Below are positions 1-9,110 of a stretch of DNA of 64,000 nt, one piece after another. The position numbers and the translations under genes were made by a program. Origin of the DNA: Myxococcales bacterium (GTDB lineage Bacteria > Desulfobacterota > Binatia > HRBIN30). Location of the stretch: positions 15,419 to 79,418 of the forward strand of contig JBBILD010000017.1 in NCBI GenBank assembly GCA_037445065.1, given 5' to 3'. A model generated the notes under the pieces. That model was not told the origin of the DNA. It saw only the letters and a program-made list of their open reading frames with translations, and did not search any database. Every line of letters starts with the position of its first letter. The first letter of the stretch is position 1.

Positions 1-1
1 A

Positions 2-925
2 GGAAACCTCGGCACGCCGTTTTTATGCGCGTGCACGGAACCTTGGGATGCGGCAGTCGTCGAAGTCTCTAGTTTCCAGCTCGAATGGGTGGAAACGTTT
101 CGTCCTCGAGTAGGGGTGTTTCTCAATCTGACCCCAGACCATCTCGATCGCTATCCAAATCTCGACGAGTACGGGCGCACGAAGTTGCGCTTGTTTGCGC
201 GCCAAGCGCCCGACGATTGGGCGGTGTTCCATCGCGACGACCCTTGGGTTGCTAGGGCCTTTGCGCATGCGGCAAGTGGAGCCCAGATCACCTTTGGCTG
301 GGAGGAAGCGGACTACGGGGCCTGGGTCGAGGGTGAGCAGGTTTGGGTTCGTCGGGCGCCGCACGGCGATCCGCTCCGCCTCTCGTTGTCCCGTACGCGG
401 CTCGCCGGAAAGCACAACGTGGAAAACATCATGGCCGCGGCACTGGCAGCGCTCGTGTTTGGGGTACCGCAGGAGGCCGTGCAGCGTGCCATTGATGAGG
501 CGACGCCCTTACCGCATCGGGTCGAATTTGTGCGCGAGTGGGCGGGGGTCCTTTTTTACGACGACTCCAAGGGCACCAATATCGGAGCGACCGCGAAAGC
601 AGTGGCAAGCTTCGACCGGCCCGTAGTGTTGCTGGCCGGGGGGTACGACAAGGGTTCTCGTTTCGACCTCATTGCACCTGTTTTGCAGCGCCACGTCCGG
701 GTCGCTGTGTTTTTCGGCGCCAGCGCCCCAAAGTGGGTCGAGCAGGTTGGAAAGCTCATCCCACACGAAGTGGCCCCGACGTTGCGGGAAGCAGTTCCCG
801 TGGCTGCCCGCTTGGCACGACCCGGTGATGTCGTGCTGCTTTCCCCGGGGTGCGCAAGCTTCGACGAGTTCGACGACTACGCGCACCGGGGCAGATCGTT
901 TCGCGCGTGGGTAGAAGCCTTATGA
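2..925 (+). CDS. murD: UDP-N-acetylmuramoyl-L-alanine--D-glutamate ligase (5' truncated by window edge)
   Basis: Frame is open from position 2 (GNLGTP...EVSSFQLE). Motifs LNLTPDHLDRY, PHRVE, DDSKGTN and LLSPGCASFD. Directly upstream of ftsW. Confidence 0.97.
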   Translation, partial: GNLGTPFLCACTEPWDAAVVEVSSFQLEWVETFRPRVGVFLNLTPDHLDRYPNLDEYGRTKLRLFARQAPDDWAVFHRDDPWVARAFAHAASGAQITFGWEEADYGAWVEGEQVWVRRAPHGDPLRLSLSRTRLAGKHNVENIMAAALAALVFGVPQEAVQRAIDEATPLPHRVEFVREWAGVLFYDDSKGTNIGATAKAVASFDRPVVLLAGGYDKGSRFDLIAPVLQRHVRVAVFFGASAPKWVEQVGKLIPHEVAPTLREAVPVAARLARPGDVVLLSPGCASFDEFDDYAHRGRSFRAWVEAL

Positions 926-2079
926 GGCCAACCACAGTTTCCTGGGATAATCGCTCGCTTTTCCCGAAAGGCGCCGCAGCTCCGTTGCCGAAACCGCGCC
1001 AGTGGCCCGACCCGCAGCTCCTGGTCGCGGTGGCCCTGTTGTTGAGCCTCGGCTGGGTGATGGTTTTCAACGCGTCCTATTTCGGGGCTGTCCAGCGCCA
1101 GGGCAATGGACTTATCTACATTACGCGCCATTCCATCTACCTGCTCGCGGGCATTGGCCTCGGCTTCCTGGCTGCGCGGGTTCGGCTCGAAGCCTGGAAG
1201 AGATCGGCTCGATGGCTGTTTTTGCTTGCGCTCGTACTGTTGTCGCTGGTGCCGTTTATGGGAGAGCTGCGCAATGGTGCACGCCGTTGGATCGACGTGG
1301 GGTTTGGCTTCACTTTCCAACCCGCCGAATTCGCCAAGTTGGCGCTAGTGCTGCATCTCGCTCGTTTTTTCGCCCGCCGGCCGGTAGGCGCCAGGCGGCT
1401 CGGTGCGGATATCTTCCCCGCGTTGACCTTTACTGGTGTCTGCGCGGCCCTGGTTGTTCAGCAACCCGACCTGGGGACGAGCGCAATTTTGGCTTGCACG
1501 GGCCTGGCCATGCTCTTCTTTGCTGGCGCTCCTATCAGTTACTTTGTGGCGTTGCTGGCGCTCGTGACCGCAGCGGGCGTGGGTGCCATTTGGGCGGAGC
1601 CGTACCGCATGCGCCGGATACTCTGCCTGCTCGATCCGTGGCTCGACCCTCAGAGAACCTGTTTTCAGTTAGCCCAGTCTTTGGTGGCGTTTGGCGCTGG
1701 AGGCTGGACCGGTGTGGGCTTGGGAGAGAGCCGACAAAAGCTCTTTTTCCTACCCGAGGTGCACACCGACTTCATTTTTGCCCTCATTGGCGAAGAACTG
1801 GGTGTCCTGGGCGCAAGCTTTGTCCTAGCCCTTTTTGCTTGGATCGGCATTCGGGGGTTGCGACTCGCACGCCGCGAGGGCGACCTGTTTGCCTCGCACT
1901 TGGCCTTCGGCCTCACCTTTAGCCTACTGTTCGAAGCTTCGTTCAACGTGCTGGTTGTTCTTGGGGTGCTGCCGACCAAGGGCCTGGTAATGCCATTTTT
2001 GAGTTACGGCGGCTCGGCACTCATCGTAGCGCTTGTGCGGGTCGGGATCCTGATGAACATTTCCCGCCGGGCGTCTTGA
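922..2079 (+). CDS. ftsW: Cell division SEDS peptidoglycan polymerase FtsW
   Basis: Polytopic protein with NGARRW, FQPAEFAK, QPDLGT, LPEVHTDFIF and PFLSYGGS. ATG at 922 overlaps the murD stop (ATGA). Confidence 0.96.
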   Translation: MRPTTVSWDNRSLFPKGAAAPLPKPRQWPDPQLLVAVALLLSLGWVMVFNASYFGAVQRQGNGLIYITRHSIYLLAGIGLGFLAARVRLEAWKRSARWLFLLALVLLSLVPFMGELRNGARRWIDVGFGFTFQPAEFAKLALVLHLARFFARRPVGARRLGADIFPALTFTGVCAALVVQQPDLGTSAILACTGLAMLFFAGAPISYFVALLALVTAAGVGAIWAEPYRMRRILCLLDPWLDPQRTCFQLAQSLVAFGAGGWTGVGLGESRQKLFFLPEVHTDFIFALIGEELGVLGASFVLALFAWIGIRGLRLARREGDLFASHLAFGLTFSLLFEASFNVLVVLGVLPTKGLVMPFLSYGGSALIVALVRVGILMNISRRAS

Positions 2080-2081
2080 CG

Positions 2082-3152
2082 ATGCGCATGATGATTGCAG
2101 GTGGTGGCACAGGTGGTCACTTGTTTCCCGGCCTGGCGGTTGCCGAACGGTGGCAGGTGTCGGGTCGGGGGTCGGTGTGTTTTGTGGGTAGCCGGTTTGG
2201 TCTCGAGGCTCGGATCGTACCTGCGCGCGGCTATCCGTTTTACGCCTTGCCGATTTACGGTGCCCGCGGCCGAGGCATGCGCGGGTACGTAGAATTTGCG
2301 CTCCAGTTGCCGGTTGCTCTGGCCCAGGCATGGCGGGCGCAACGAGAGTTCCGGCCCGATGTCGTGGTAGGCCTCGGCGGGTACGGCTCGGTTCCGGCTG
2401 TACTGATCGCCTGGGTGCGCCGGGTGCCGGTCGTGCTCTTGGAACAAAACGCTCGCCCTGGCTGGGCAAACCGTCTTCTTGCCTGCTTCGCGACGCGTAT
2501 TTGCACGAGCTTCGCCGCTTCTGCTGCGCACTTTCCTGCGGGCAAGGCCGTGCATACTGGAAACCCAGTGCGGGCGATGCACGGCATGCGGTCTGCGAGT
2601 GAACGTGCCGGATTCCGCTTGTTGGTTCTTGGCGGAAGCCAAGGGGCCCGTTCGATCAACCGCGCCGTGGTGGAAGCCGCCGCCGAGTTGATGCATGCGA
2701 TCCCGAACTTGCACATCGTCCATCAAAGCGGGCCGCTCGACGAAGAATGGGTGCGCGCCTCGTACCAGGAGAAGGGCGTGCGAGCGGAGGTGCATGCCTT
2801 TATTGATGACATGGCAGCGGCCTACGCGCGGGCTGACCTCGTGCTGTGCCGAGCCGGGGCGAGCACGCTGGCAGAGCTGGCTGTGGCCGGGAAAGCCGCG
2901 GTGCTGGTGCCGTATCCTTACGCAGCCGATGACCACCAGCGCCTCAATGCCGAAACGTGGCAACAGGCCGGGGCGGCAGAAATGATCTTGGACCGCGAAC
3001 TGACCGCCAGCCGTCTCCTGGAGGTGGTCACGAGACTTGCGCGCAACCCCGAGCTGCGGCAAACGATGTCTACCCGCGCTCGATCGCTAGCGCGCCCGCA
3101 AGCCGCGGAAGAAGTTGCGAGGGTTTGTGAGGAGGTCGGCAGGAAACGATGA
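2082..3152 (+). CDS. murG: Undecaprenyl-PP-MurNAc-pentapeptide GlcNAc transferase MurG
   Basis: GGGTGGHLFP, GGYGS, EQNA, GGSQGA and CRAGAST motifs; dcw context. Confidence 0.97.
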   Translation: MRMMIAGGGTGGHLFPGLAVAERWQVSGRGSVCFVGSRFGLEARIVPARGYPFYALPIYGARGRGMRGYVEFALQLPVALAQAWRAQREFRPDVVVGLGGYGSVPAVLIAWVRRVPVVLLEQNARPGWANRLLACFATRICTSFAASAAHFPAGKAVHTGNPVRAMHGMRSASERAGFRLLVLGGSQGARSINRAVVEAAAELMHAIPNLHIVHQSGPLDEEWVRASYQEKGVRAEVHAFIDDMAAAYARADLVLCRAGASTLAELAVAGKAAVLVPYPYAADDHQRLNAETWQQAGAAEMILDRELTASRLLEVVTRLARNPELRQTMSTRARSLARPQAAEEVARVCEEVGRKR

Positions 3153-4555
3153 ATCCCCTTTATAAGCGTGCCCGCAAAGCGCATTTGGTCGGAATCGGCG
3201 GAGTGGGGATGAGCGGCATCGCGGAAATCCTGCTGCGCTTGGGGTACCGGGTGACAGGGTCCGATCTGCGCCCCACCGAGGTAACCCGCCGGCTCGAACG
3301 ACTCGGGGCACAAATCCGCTATGGCCACGACGCCAGCGCTGTGCACGAGGACCACGACGTCGTCGTCATCTCTTCTGCGGTTCGTTTCTCGAACCCCGAG
3401 GTGGTACGGGCCCGAGAACTCAAAATCCCGGTCATTCCCCGTGCGGAGATGCTTGCGGAACTGATGCGCGCCAAGTGCGGCATCGCTGTGGCTGGCACAC
3501 ACGGGAAGACCACCACCACTTCGTTGATTGCAGCGGTGTTGACCCGTGCCGGCCTCGACCCGACGGTGGTCATTGGCGGGCGCGTGCAGGCCCTCGGAGC
3601 CAACGCGCATTTAGGAAACGGCGAGATCATGGTGGCGGAGGCGGACGAGAGCGATGGAACCTTCTTACTGCTGTCTCCCATGCTCTCGGTGGTAACCAAT
3701 ATTGATCCGGAGCACTTGGATTTTTACGGCGACATGGAACGGGTGAAGGCCGCATACTTGGAGTTTGTCAATCGCGTGCCTTTTTTTGGAGCTGCCATCC
3801 TGTGCCTGGACGACCCCAATGTGCGGGCTCTGTTGCCGCAGGTCCGCAAGCGCGTGGTGACGTATGGCACGACGGCTGAGGCAGATTATCGGGCCTATTC
3901 CTTGCGGGTCGAAAACTTGGAAACGCGTTTCGAAGTGCTGCGTGGAGAGGCGAAACTCGGGGAACTCACCGTTCGCTTGCCCGGCCGCCATCACGCCCTC
4001 AATGCGCTTGCAGCGTTGGCAGTGGCGTTCGAACTGGAGGTGCCGTTCTCCACCGTACGCGAGGCACTGGCAGAGTTTGCCGGCATTCACCGCCGGTTCG
4101 AGGTTTGCGGCGAGGGGGATGGCGTACTGGTGGTGAGCGACTACGGGCACCACCCGGTCGAGATTCGCGCCACGCTGACTGCGGCCCGCGAGGCGTTGGG
4201 CCGCCGTCTCGTGGTAGTGTTCCAGCCGCACCGATACTCCCGCACCCGCGATTTGTTCGCGGACTTCCTCGAAGCGTTCGATACCGCAGACTGTGTCTTT
4301 CTCACGGAAATCTACCCGGCCGGCGAACAACAAATCGAAGGCGTTTCAGGGGAATCCTTATTTCGCGCCTTCCAGCGACGCGGGCACATGGACGTGCGCT
4401 TTGTTCCGCGCTTGCCGGAGGTGGTGAGTGCGGTGCTCGACGAAGTGCGCCCGGGAGACGCGGTGCTCGTGTTGGGCGCCGGAAACGTCCACGAGGTTGC
4501 GGAAGCGTTGGTCGAGCACCTTCAGGCGCGCCAACCGCCTCTGGCCTTGCACTGA
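3149..4555 (+). CDS. murC: UDP-N-acetylmuramate--L-alanine ligase
   Basis: GIGGVGMSGIA, GTHGKTTT, EADESDG, DYGHHP and FQPHRYSRT motifs. Confidence 0.98.
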   Translation: MNPLYKRARKAHLVGIGGVGMSGIAEILLRLGYRVTGSDLRPTEVTRRLERLGAQIRYGHDASAVHEDHDVVVISSAVRFSNPEVVRARELKIPVIPRAEMLAELMRAKCGIAVAGTHGKTTTTSLIAAVLTRAGLDPTVVIGGRVQALGANAHLGNGEIMVAEADESDGTFLLLSPMLSVVTNIDPEHLDFYGDMERVKAAYLEFVNRVPFFGAAILCLDDPNVRALLPQVRKRVVTYGTTAEADYRAYSLRVENLETRFEVLRGEAKLGELTVRLPGRHHALNALAALAVAFELEVPFSTVREALAEFAGIHRRFEVCGEGDGVLVVSDYGHHPVEIRATLTAAREALGRRLVVVFQPHRYSRTRDLFADFLEAFDTADCVFLTEIYPAGEQQIEGVSGESLFRAFQRRGHMDVRFVPRLPEVVSAVLDEVRPGDAVLVLGAGNVHEVAEALVEHLQARQPPLALH

Positions 4556-4566
4556 GGGGTAGGGGA

Positions 4567-5493
4567 GTGGATCGCCGCCAAGCGCTTGCGGAACTGGAAG
4601 CAGTGTTTGGTTCGCGCCTCAAACGCGACGAGCCCCTGGCACGGCATACTTCGTTTCGCATCGGCGGGCCAGCCACACTCTTTGTCGAAGTAGAGGCTGA
4701 ACGTGAAATTCCGCTCATCCAGGCGGCAGCGCACGCACTCGAACTGCCGCTCTTTGTCCTCGGGGGCGGGACGAATCTCTTGGTGAGCGATCACGGCGTG
4801 CGTGCCGTGGTGGTACGGCTCGGCCGTGGCTTCTCCGGGATCGAATGGCGGCTGGACGGTGAGAGAGTGCGCGTGGTGGCGGGCGCAGCGGTACCATTCA
4901 AAAAGCTCGTTACCCTCAGCGTCGAGCGCTCGCTCGAAGGACTCGAATGGGCGGAGGGAATTCCGGGCACGGTGGGCGGCGGACTGTTGATGAACGCCGG
5001 TGCGTTCGGTGGGGAGATCGCTGACGTGTTGGTGAGCGTTTCGGGGATCGATGCGAGCGGCGCCACGGTCACCGTGCCGCGAGAGCAGTTGCGTTTCGGT
5101 TACCGCTATTTTGATCTTCCGGCCGGCCTGATCGTAACATCGGTCGAGCTGGAGCTGCAGCCTGGAGAGACCGCCGCAATTCGAGCTCGCTGCCTCGCGG
5201 CAAAACGCAAGCGAGAGGAGAGACAGCCCAAGGGGCTTCCGAATGCAGGATCGGTGTTCAAAAACCCCCCTGGGCAATTCGCAGGAAGGCTACTCGATGC
5301 GGCCGGCCTGCGTGGGTTCCGTTACGGGCAAGCGATGTTTTCGCCGCGGCACGCCAACTTTATCGTGAATCTCGGCGGAGCACGCGCCGTAGACGTACGG
5401 GAACTCATGCGAGAAGGCCAGCGCCGGGTGAGAGAGCAGTTCGGAGTCGAGCTGGAGCCGGAAATTCGTCTGGTAGGGGAGTGGCACGAATGA
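4567..5493 (+). CDS. murB: UDP-N-acetylenolpyruvoylglucosamine reductase
   Basis: HTSFRIGGPA, GGGTNLL, GIPGTVGG, MNAGAFG, NAGSVFKNP and HANF. GTG start at 4567 chosen after a purine-rich RBS. Confidence 0.96.
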   Translation: MDRRQALAELEAVFGSRLKRDEPLARHTSFRIGGPATLFVEVEAEREIPLIQAAAHALELPLFVLGGGTNLLVSDHGVRAVVVRLGRGFSGIEWRLDGERVRVVAGAAVPFKKLVTLSVERSLEGLEWAEGIPGTVGGGLLMNAGAFGGEIADVLVSVSGIDASGATVTVPREQLRFGYRYFDLPAGLIVTSVELELQPGETAAIRARCLAAKRKREERQPKGLPNAGSVFKNPPGQFAGRLLDAAGLRGFRYGQAMFSPRHANFIVNLGGARAVDVRELMREGQRRVREQFGVELEPEIRLVGEWHE

Positions 5494-6347
5494 AGCCGAG
5501 CGTGCTGTGGCCTCGCAGGCAAAGGCGGCACGTGCCCCCGTTTCCATCCCGACGGGTGCGCTGGTGGCGTTTACAATTGCGGCGCGCCCTCCTCGCCGCC
5601 GCGGTGCTCGCAAGCGCCGTAGGGGTGGTGACCTTCGCTCCCCGCTGTGCGTACCACGTGGTCGCGCATCCCTTCTTTGCTGTCCGCTACTTCGAGATCG
5701 CGGGGAACGAACGCCTCAAGCAGGAAGAGGTGCTCGATTGGCTGGGTGCGAAGCCAGGCATGAGTGCGTGGTTGGTGGACCCGGTGGTCTGGCGTGCCCG
5801 CTTGCTCGCGCACCCGTGGGTGCAAGCGGCGGCAGTGCGGCGCGAACTGCCCCGAAGGGTCCGCATTCAGCTGCGCGAGCGGCGGCCCTTCGCCGTGGTC
5901 CGCTGGCGAGACACGCTCGCGTTGGTGGACCGTACAGGCCATTTCTTGGGGCCAGCGGGACCCGCCTTCGCAGCTCATTTGCCGTTGCTCACCTTGCCTG
6001 CTTCCGGCGCCTCCCTTCCGCAAGAAGAGCTCCGGCTGGGGCTGCGCTTTCTGCGACTCTGCGCGCGTTTGGGTTGCGCTGCGGAAGTCTCGGAAGTGTT
6101 GGCTGGAAAAGATGGCATCACGGTGTATCCGCTGCGCAGCCGCACGGAAGTCGCGCTCGGCCGGGGCTCCTGGCGGGAGAAGCTGCTGCGTGCGAGCCGT
6201 GTTTTTGCTGCCTGGGAGGAGGACGCCGATCGCCTCGAGCGGGTGGACGTTTCTTATCGGAGGGTGGTGGTGGTACGGGTGCGCGAGCAACCCAATGGGC
6301 AGCGCAAGTCGCCAGCCAGCAGCTCGCGCAAACGGCAGTCGGTATGA
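5490..6347 (+). CDS. ftsQ: Cell division protein FtsQ/DivIB
   Basis: Single TM segment followed by a POTRA-like region (PWVQAAAVRRELPRRVRIQLRERRP). Lies between murB and ftsA. Confidence 0.88.
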   Translation: MKPSVLWPRRQRRHVPPFPSRRVRWWRLQLRRALLAAAVLASAVGVVTFAPRCAYHVVAHPFFAVRYFEIAGNERLKQEEVLDWLGAKPGMSAWLVDPVVWRARLLAHPWVQAAAVRRELPRRVRIQLRERRPFAVVRWRDTLALVDRTGHFLGPAGPAFAAHLPLLTLPASGASLPQEELRLGLRFLRLCARLGCAAEVSEVLAGKDGITVYPLRSRTEVALGRGSWREKLLRASRVFAAWEEDADRLERVDVSYRRVVVVRVREQPNGQRKSPASSSRKRQSV

Positions 6348-6439
6348 AAAAATCCCCTGCGTTTGCTGCTCTCTCCAGCGAAGTGTGATAAGCAAGGACG
6401 CGCCATGTTTGCGGTGGACGTTGGGAGTGTGGTTCGAGC

Positions 6440-7687
6440 ATGGGCCGGGGAGCGGAGCTGATTGTCGGCTTGGACGTTGGCACCTCGAAGGTCGCGGCGG
6501 TCATCGGCCAGTGCACCCCAGAGGGCTTGGTGGTCCGCGGAGCTGGGTACGCCCCTTCGCAGGGGGCTGTGGATCGCGGTGTGGTGACCGACCTCGATGC
6601 CGCTGCGCAGGCGATCCGACAAGCGATCCACGAAGCTGAGCTGCGCGCCGACGTGCAAGTGCATAGCACGCTGGTCACGGTTGGCGGGGACCATATTCGC
6701 GGGCTGGAAAGCCACGGCGTGGTGAGCACAACCCGGGGTGAAGTGTCGGAGGCGGATGTGAACCGGGTTCTACGAGCGGCCAGCGCGGTTCCACTTCCCG
6801 AAGATTATCAAGTGCTACAGGTGCTGTTGCGCGACTTTGTGGTGGACGACCAGGAGGGAGTGCGGTCGCCGGTCGAAATGAAGGGGCACCGTTTAGAGGC
6901 TCGTGTGCACGTCCTCGCGGGGCGCACGGCCGCGATAGAGAACCTCACCCGTGCCGTGCTGCGTGCCGAGATCCGGCCGCTGCGAGTTCTCTGGAGCGGC
7001 TGGGCCGCGGCCGAAGCAGTCTTGAGTGAGGAGGAGAAAGAGTTAGGGGTGGCGCTGCTCGACTTGGGAGCCGGTACCACCAATGTTCTTTGTTATCACC
7101 GAGGTGCCCTGCGCTTCGCTGCGGCGCTGCGCATCGGCGGCAAGCATGTCACGCAGGACATCGCCGCCGGATTGGAGACTTCGCCCACTTCTGCAGAACG
7201 TTTGAAGATCGAGTGGGGTACCGCACTGGCGTCGCTGGTCGGGGACGAGGAAACGATCGAGGTGCCCAGCTTGGCGCAGCGTCCGCCGCGGCGGGTTTTA
7301 CGCCGGGAACTCTCCCGCGTAATCCAGGCGCGGGTGGAGGAGATCATCGAACTCGCCTGGCGCGAGGTGCGGCGGGCAGGTCTCTTGCCCCAGATCCGCG
7401 CTGGCGTGGTGCTCACTGGCGGAGGGGCACTGCTGCCAGGCATCGTGGAGGTGGTACGGAAAGAGACGACCCAGTCGCAGATCCGCATCGGCGACGTGGC
7501 CCTGGGCGTTGCTGAAGTGGAAGCAGACGGCGAGGGGATAGTGAGCGATACAGCGTACACCGCTGCCCTGGGTCTACTGCGGGAAGCAGCGGCCCAGCGG
7601 GTTCAAGGAAGCGGAGAGATGTCATCGGGGTTTGTGGGCCGCAGCGTCCGTTGGCTCAAGAGCTATTTGGGAGCGCTGTTCGAATGA
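6440..7687 (+). CDS. ftsA: Cell division protein FtsA
   Basis: GLDVGTSK, DLGAGTT and VLTGGGALL actin-like motifs; upstream of ftsZ. Confidence 0.97.
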   Translation: MGRGAELIVGLDVGTSKVAAVIGQCTPEGLVVRGAGYAPSQGAVDRGVVTDLDAAAQAIRQAIHEAELRADVQVHSTLVTVGGDHIRGLESHGVVSTTRGEVSEADVNRVLRAASAVPLPEDYQVLQVLLRDFVVDDQEGVRSPVEMKGHRLEARVHVLAGRTAAIENLTRAVLRAEIRPLRVLWSGWAAAEAVLSEEEKELGVALLDLGAGTTNVLCYHRGALRFAAALRIGGKHVTQDIAAGLETSPTSAERLKIEWGTALASLVGDEETIEVPSLAQRPPRRVLRRELSRVIQARVEEIIELAWREVRRAGLLPQIRAGVVLTGGGALLPGIVEVVRKETTQSQIRIGDVALGVAEVEADGEGIVSDTAYTAALGLLREAAAQRVQGSGEMSSGFVGRSVRWLKSYLGALFE

Positions 7688-7757
7688 AGTAAGAGGTCTA
7701 CTCGTAGACCGACGTTGGGAACCACGAAGTTGCAAAAGTGCTGGTGGGGAGGAGAAG

Positions 7758-9050
7758 ATGACGATGCAGGACGTGGTGGGCTGCGAAACGGCCATTGGTG
7801 CGCGGATCAAGGTAGTCGGGGTTGGCGGAGCCGGTGGCAACGCGGTGAATACCATGATCGCGAGCGAGCTACAGGGCGTGGAGCTGTACGCGCTGAATAC
7901 CGACGTGCAAGCCTTGGCTGCAAATTTGGCCCCGAACAAGCTCCAGCTCGGGCAGCAAATCACGCGCGGCCTGGGTGCGGGCGGCAATCCGGAGATCGGT
8001 CGGCGAGCCGCGGAAGATGACATTGATCGCATCCGCGAGGTACTTTCCGGCGCGGATATGGTCTTCCTGACCGCCGGCATGGGCGGTGGTACGGGCACCG
8101 GCGCGGCGCCCGTGATCGCCCGGGTGGCAAAGGAAATGGGTGCGCTCACCGTCGCAGTCGTCACAAAACCCTTCGCCTTCGAAGCCAAGCAGCGGATGCG
8201 GCAAGCGGAGGAGGGGATACGGCTGCTGAAAGAGGCAGTGGATACCCTGCTCGTGATCCCGAACCAGCGCCTGCTGGCCGTGCTGCCACCTGACACACGG
8301 CTGACCGAGGCGTTTCGTAAATGCGACGAGGTGTTGGTCCACGCAGTGCGGGGGATCGCTGATCTCATCACCGTGCATGGGTTGATCAACTTGGACTTTG
8401 CCGACGTGTGCACCATCATGCGGGACAGTGGGCTGGCACTGATGGGGTGGGGCGAGGCGGTCGGACCGGACCGCGCCATGCAGGCGGCTCAGCAAGCGGT
8501 AGCAAATCCCTTACTCGAGGATGTTTCCATCGACGGAGCGCGGCGCGTGCTGGTCAATATCACGCTCAGCCCCGACCTGAACTTGCACGAAATCGACACC
8601 GCGGTGAACTACGTGCGGGATCAGGCGCACCCGGACGTCAATCTGATTTTTGGCGTGGTTCTCGACGAAACAGCACAGGATCGCTTCCGGCTTACTTTGG
8701 TCGCCACCGGATTTGCGGATCAAGCCGCCGACCCGGTTCTCACCGGTGAGCGCCAGGAACCCGTGGGCCAGAAGGCGCTTCCCTTGCGCGACTCTGAGGT
8801 CGTGCGGCAAGGCCCAGCGATCAGCTCGGGACCGGCGGCAGCGTCGGCGCGTCCAGCGGCATCACTGCGCCGCCGCGTATTCCGAGGCACGATCGTAGAT
8901 GACGCTTCCGAACCACAGGTACTTTCACCGGGACCCAGCGTGCTTGGCAGCAACGCGACTTCTCCGCAGGCTCCCGAGCCCCCTTATCGTTTGGATTCGA
9001 CAGAGGAGGACCTCGAGATGCCTGCTTTTCTGCGCCGGAGGGTGAGCTGA
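7758..9050 (+). CDS. ftsZ: Cell division GTPase FtsZ
   Basis: GVGGAGGNAV, GMGGGTGTG and INLDFAD motifs, C-terminal peptide LEMPAFLRR, RBS GGAGGAG. Confidence 0.98.
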   Translation: MTMQDVVGCETAIGARIKVVGVGGAGGNAVNTMIASELQGVELYALNTDVQALAANLAPNKLQLGQQITRGLGAGGNPEIGRRAAEDDIDRIREVLSGADMVFLTAGMGGGTGTGAAPVIARVAKEMGALTVAVVTKPFAFEAKQRMRQAEEGIRLLKEAVDTLLVIPNQRLLAVLPPDTRLTEAFRKCDEVLVHAVRGIADLITVHGLINLDFADVCTIMRDSGLALMGWGEAVGPDRAMQAAQQAVANPLLEDVSIDGARRVLVNITLSPDLNLHEIDTAVNYVRDQAHPDVNLIFGVVLDETAQDRFRLTLVATGFADQAADPVLTGERQEPVGQKALPLRDSEVVRQGPAISSGPAAASARPAASLRRRVFRGTIVDDASEPQVLSPGPSVLGSNATSPQAPEPPYRLDSTEEDLEMPAFLRRRVS

Positions 9051-9060
9051 CCCCGGTTGC

Positions 9061-9106
9061 GCCGCAGCCCCCTCGGGCTATAGACAGCCGCGCGGGAGGC
9101 TGCGGC
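9061..9106 (+). promoter_or_regulatory. GC-rich hairpin between ftsZ and the radical SAM gene, covering the latter's likely RBS
   Basis: GCCGCAGCC (9061-9069) pairs with GGCTGCGGC (9098-9106), with an inner GGCT/AGCC stem. GGGAGG at 9094-9099 lies in the 3' arm. No U-tract follows. Confidence 0.5.
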
Positions 9107-9110
9107 TTGC

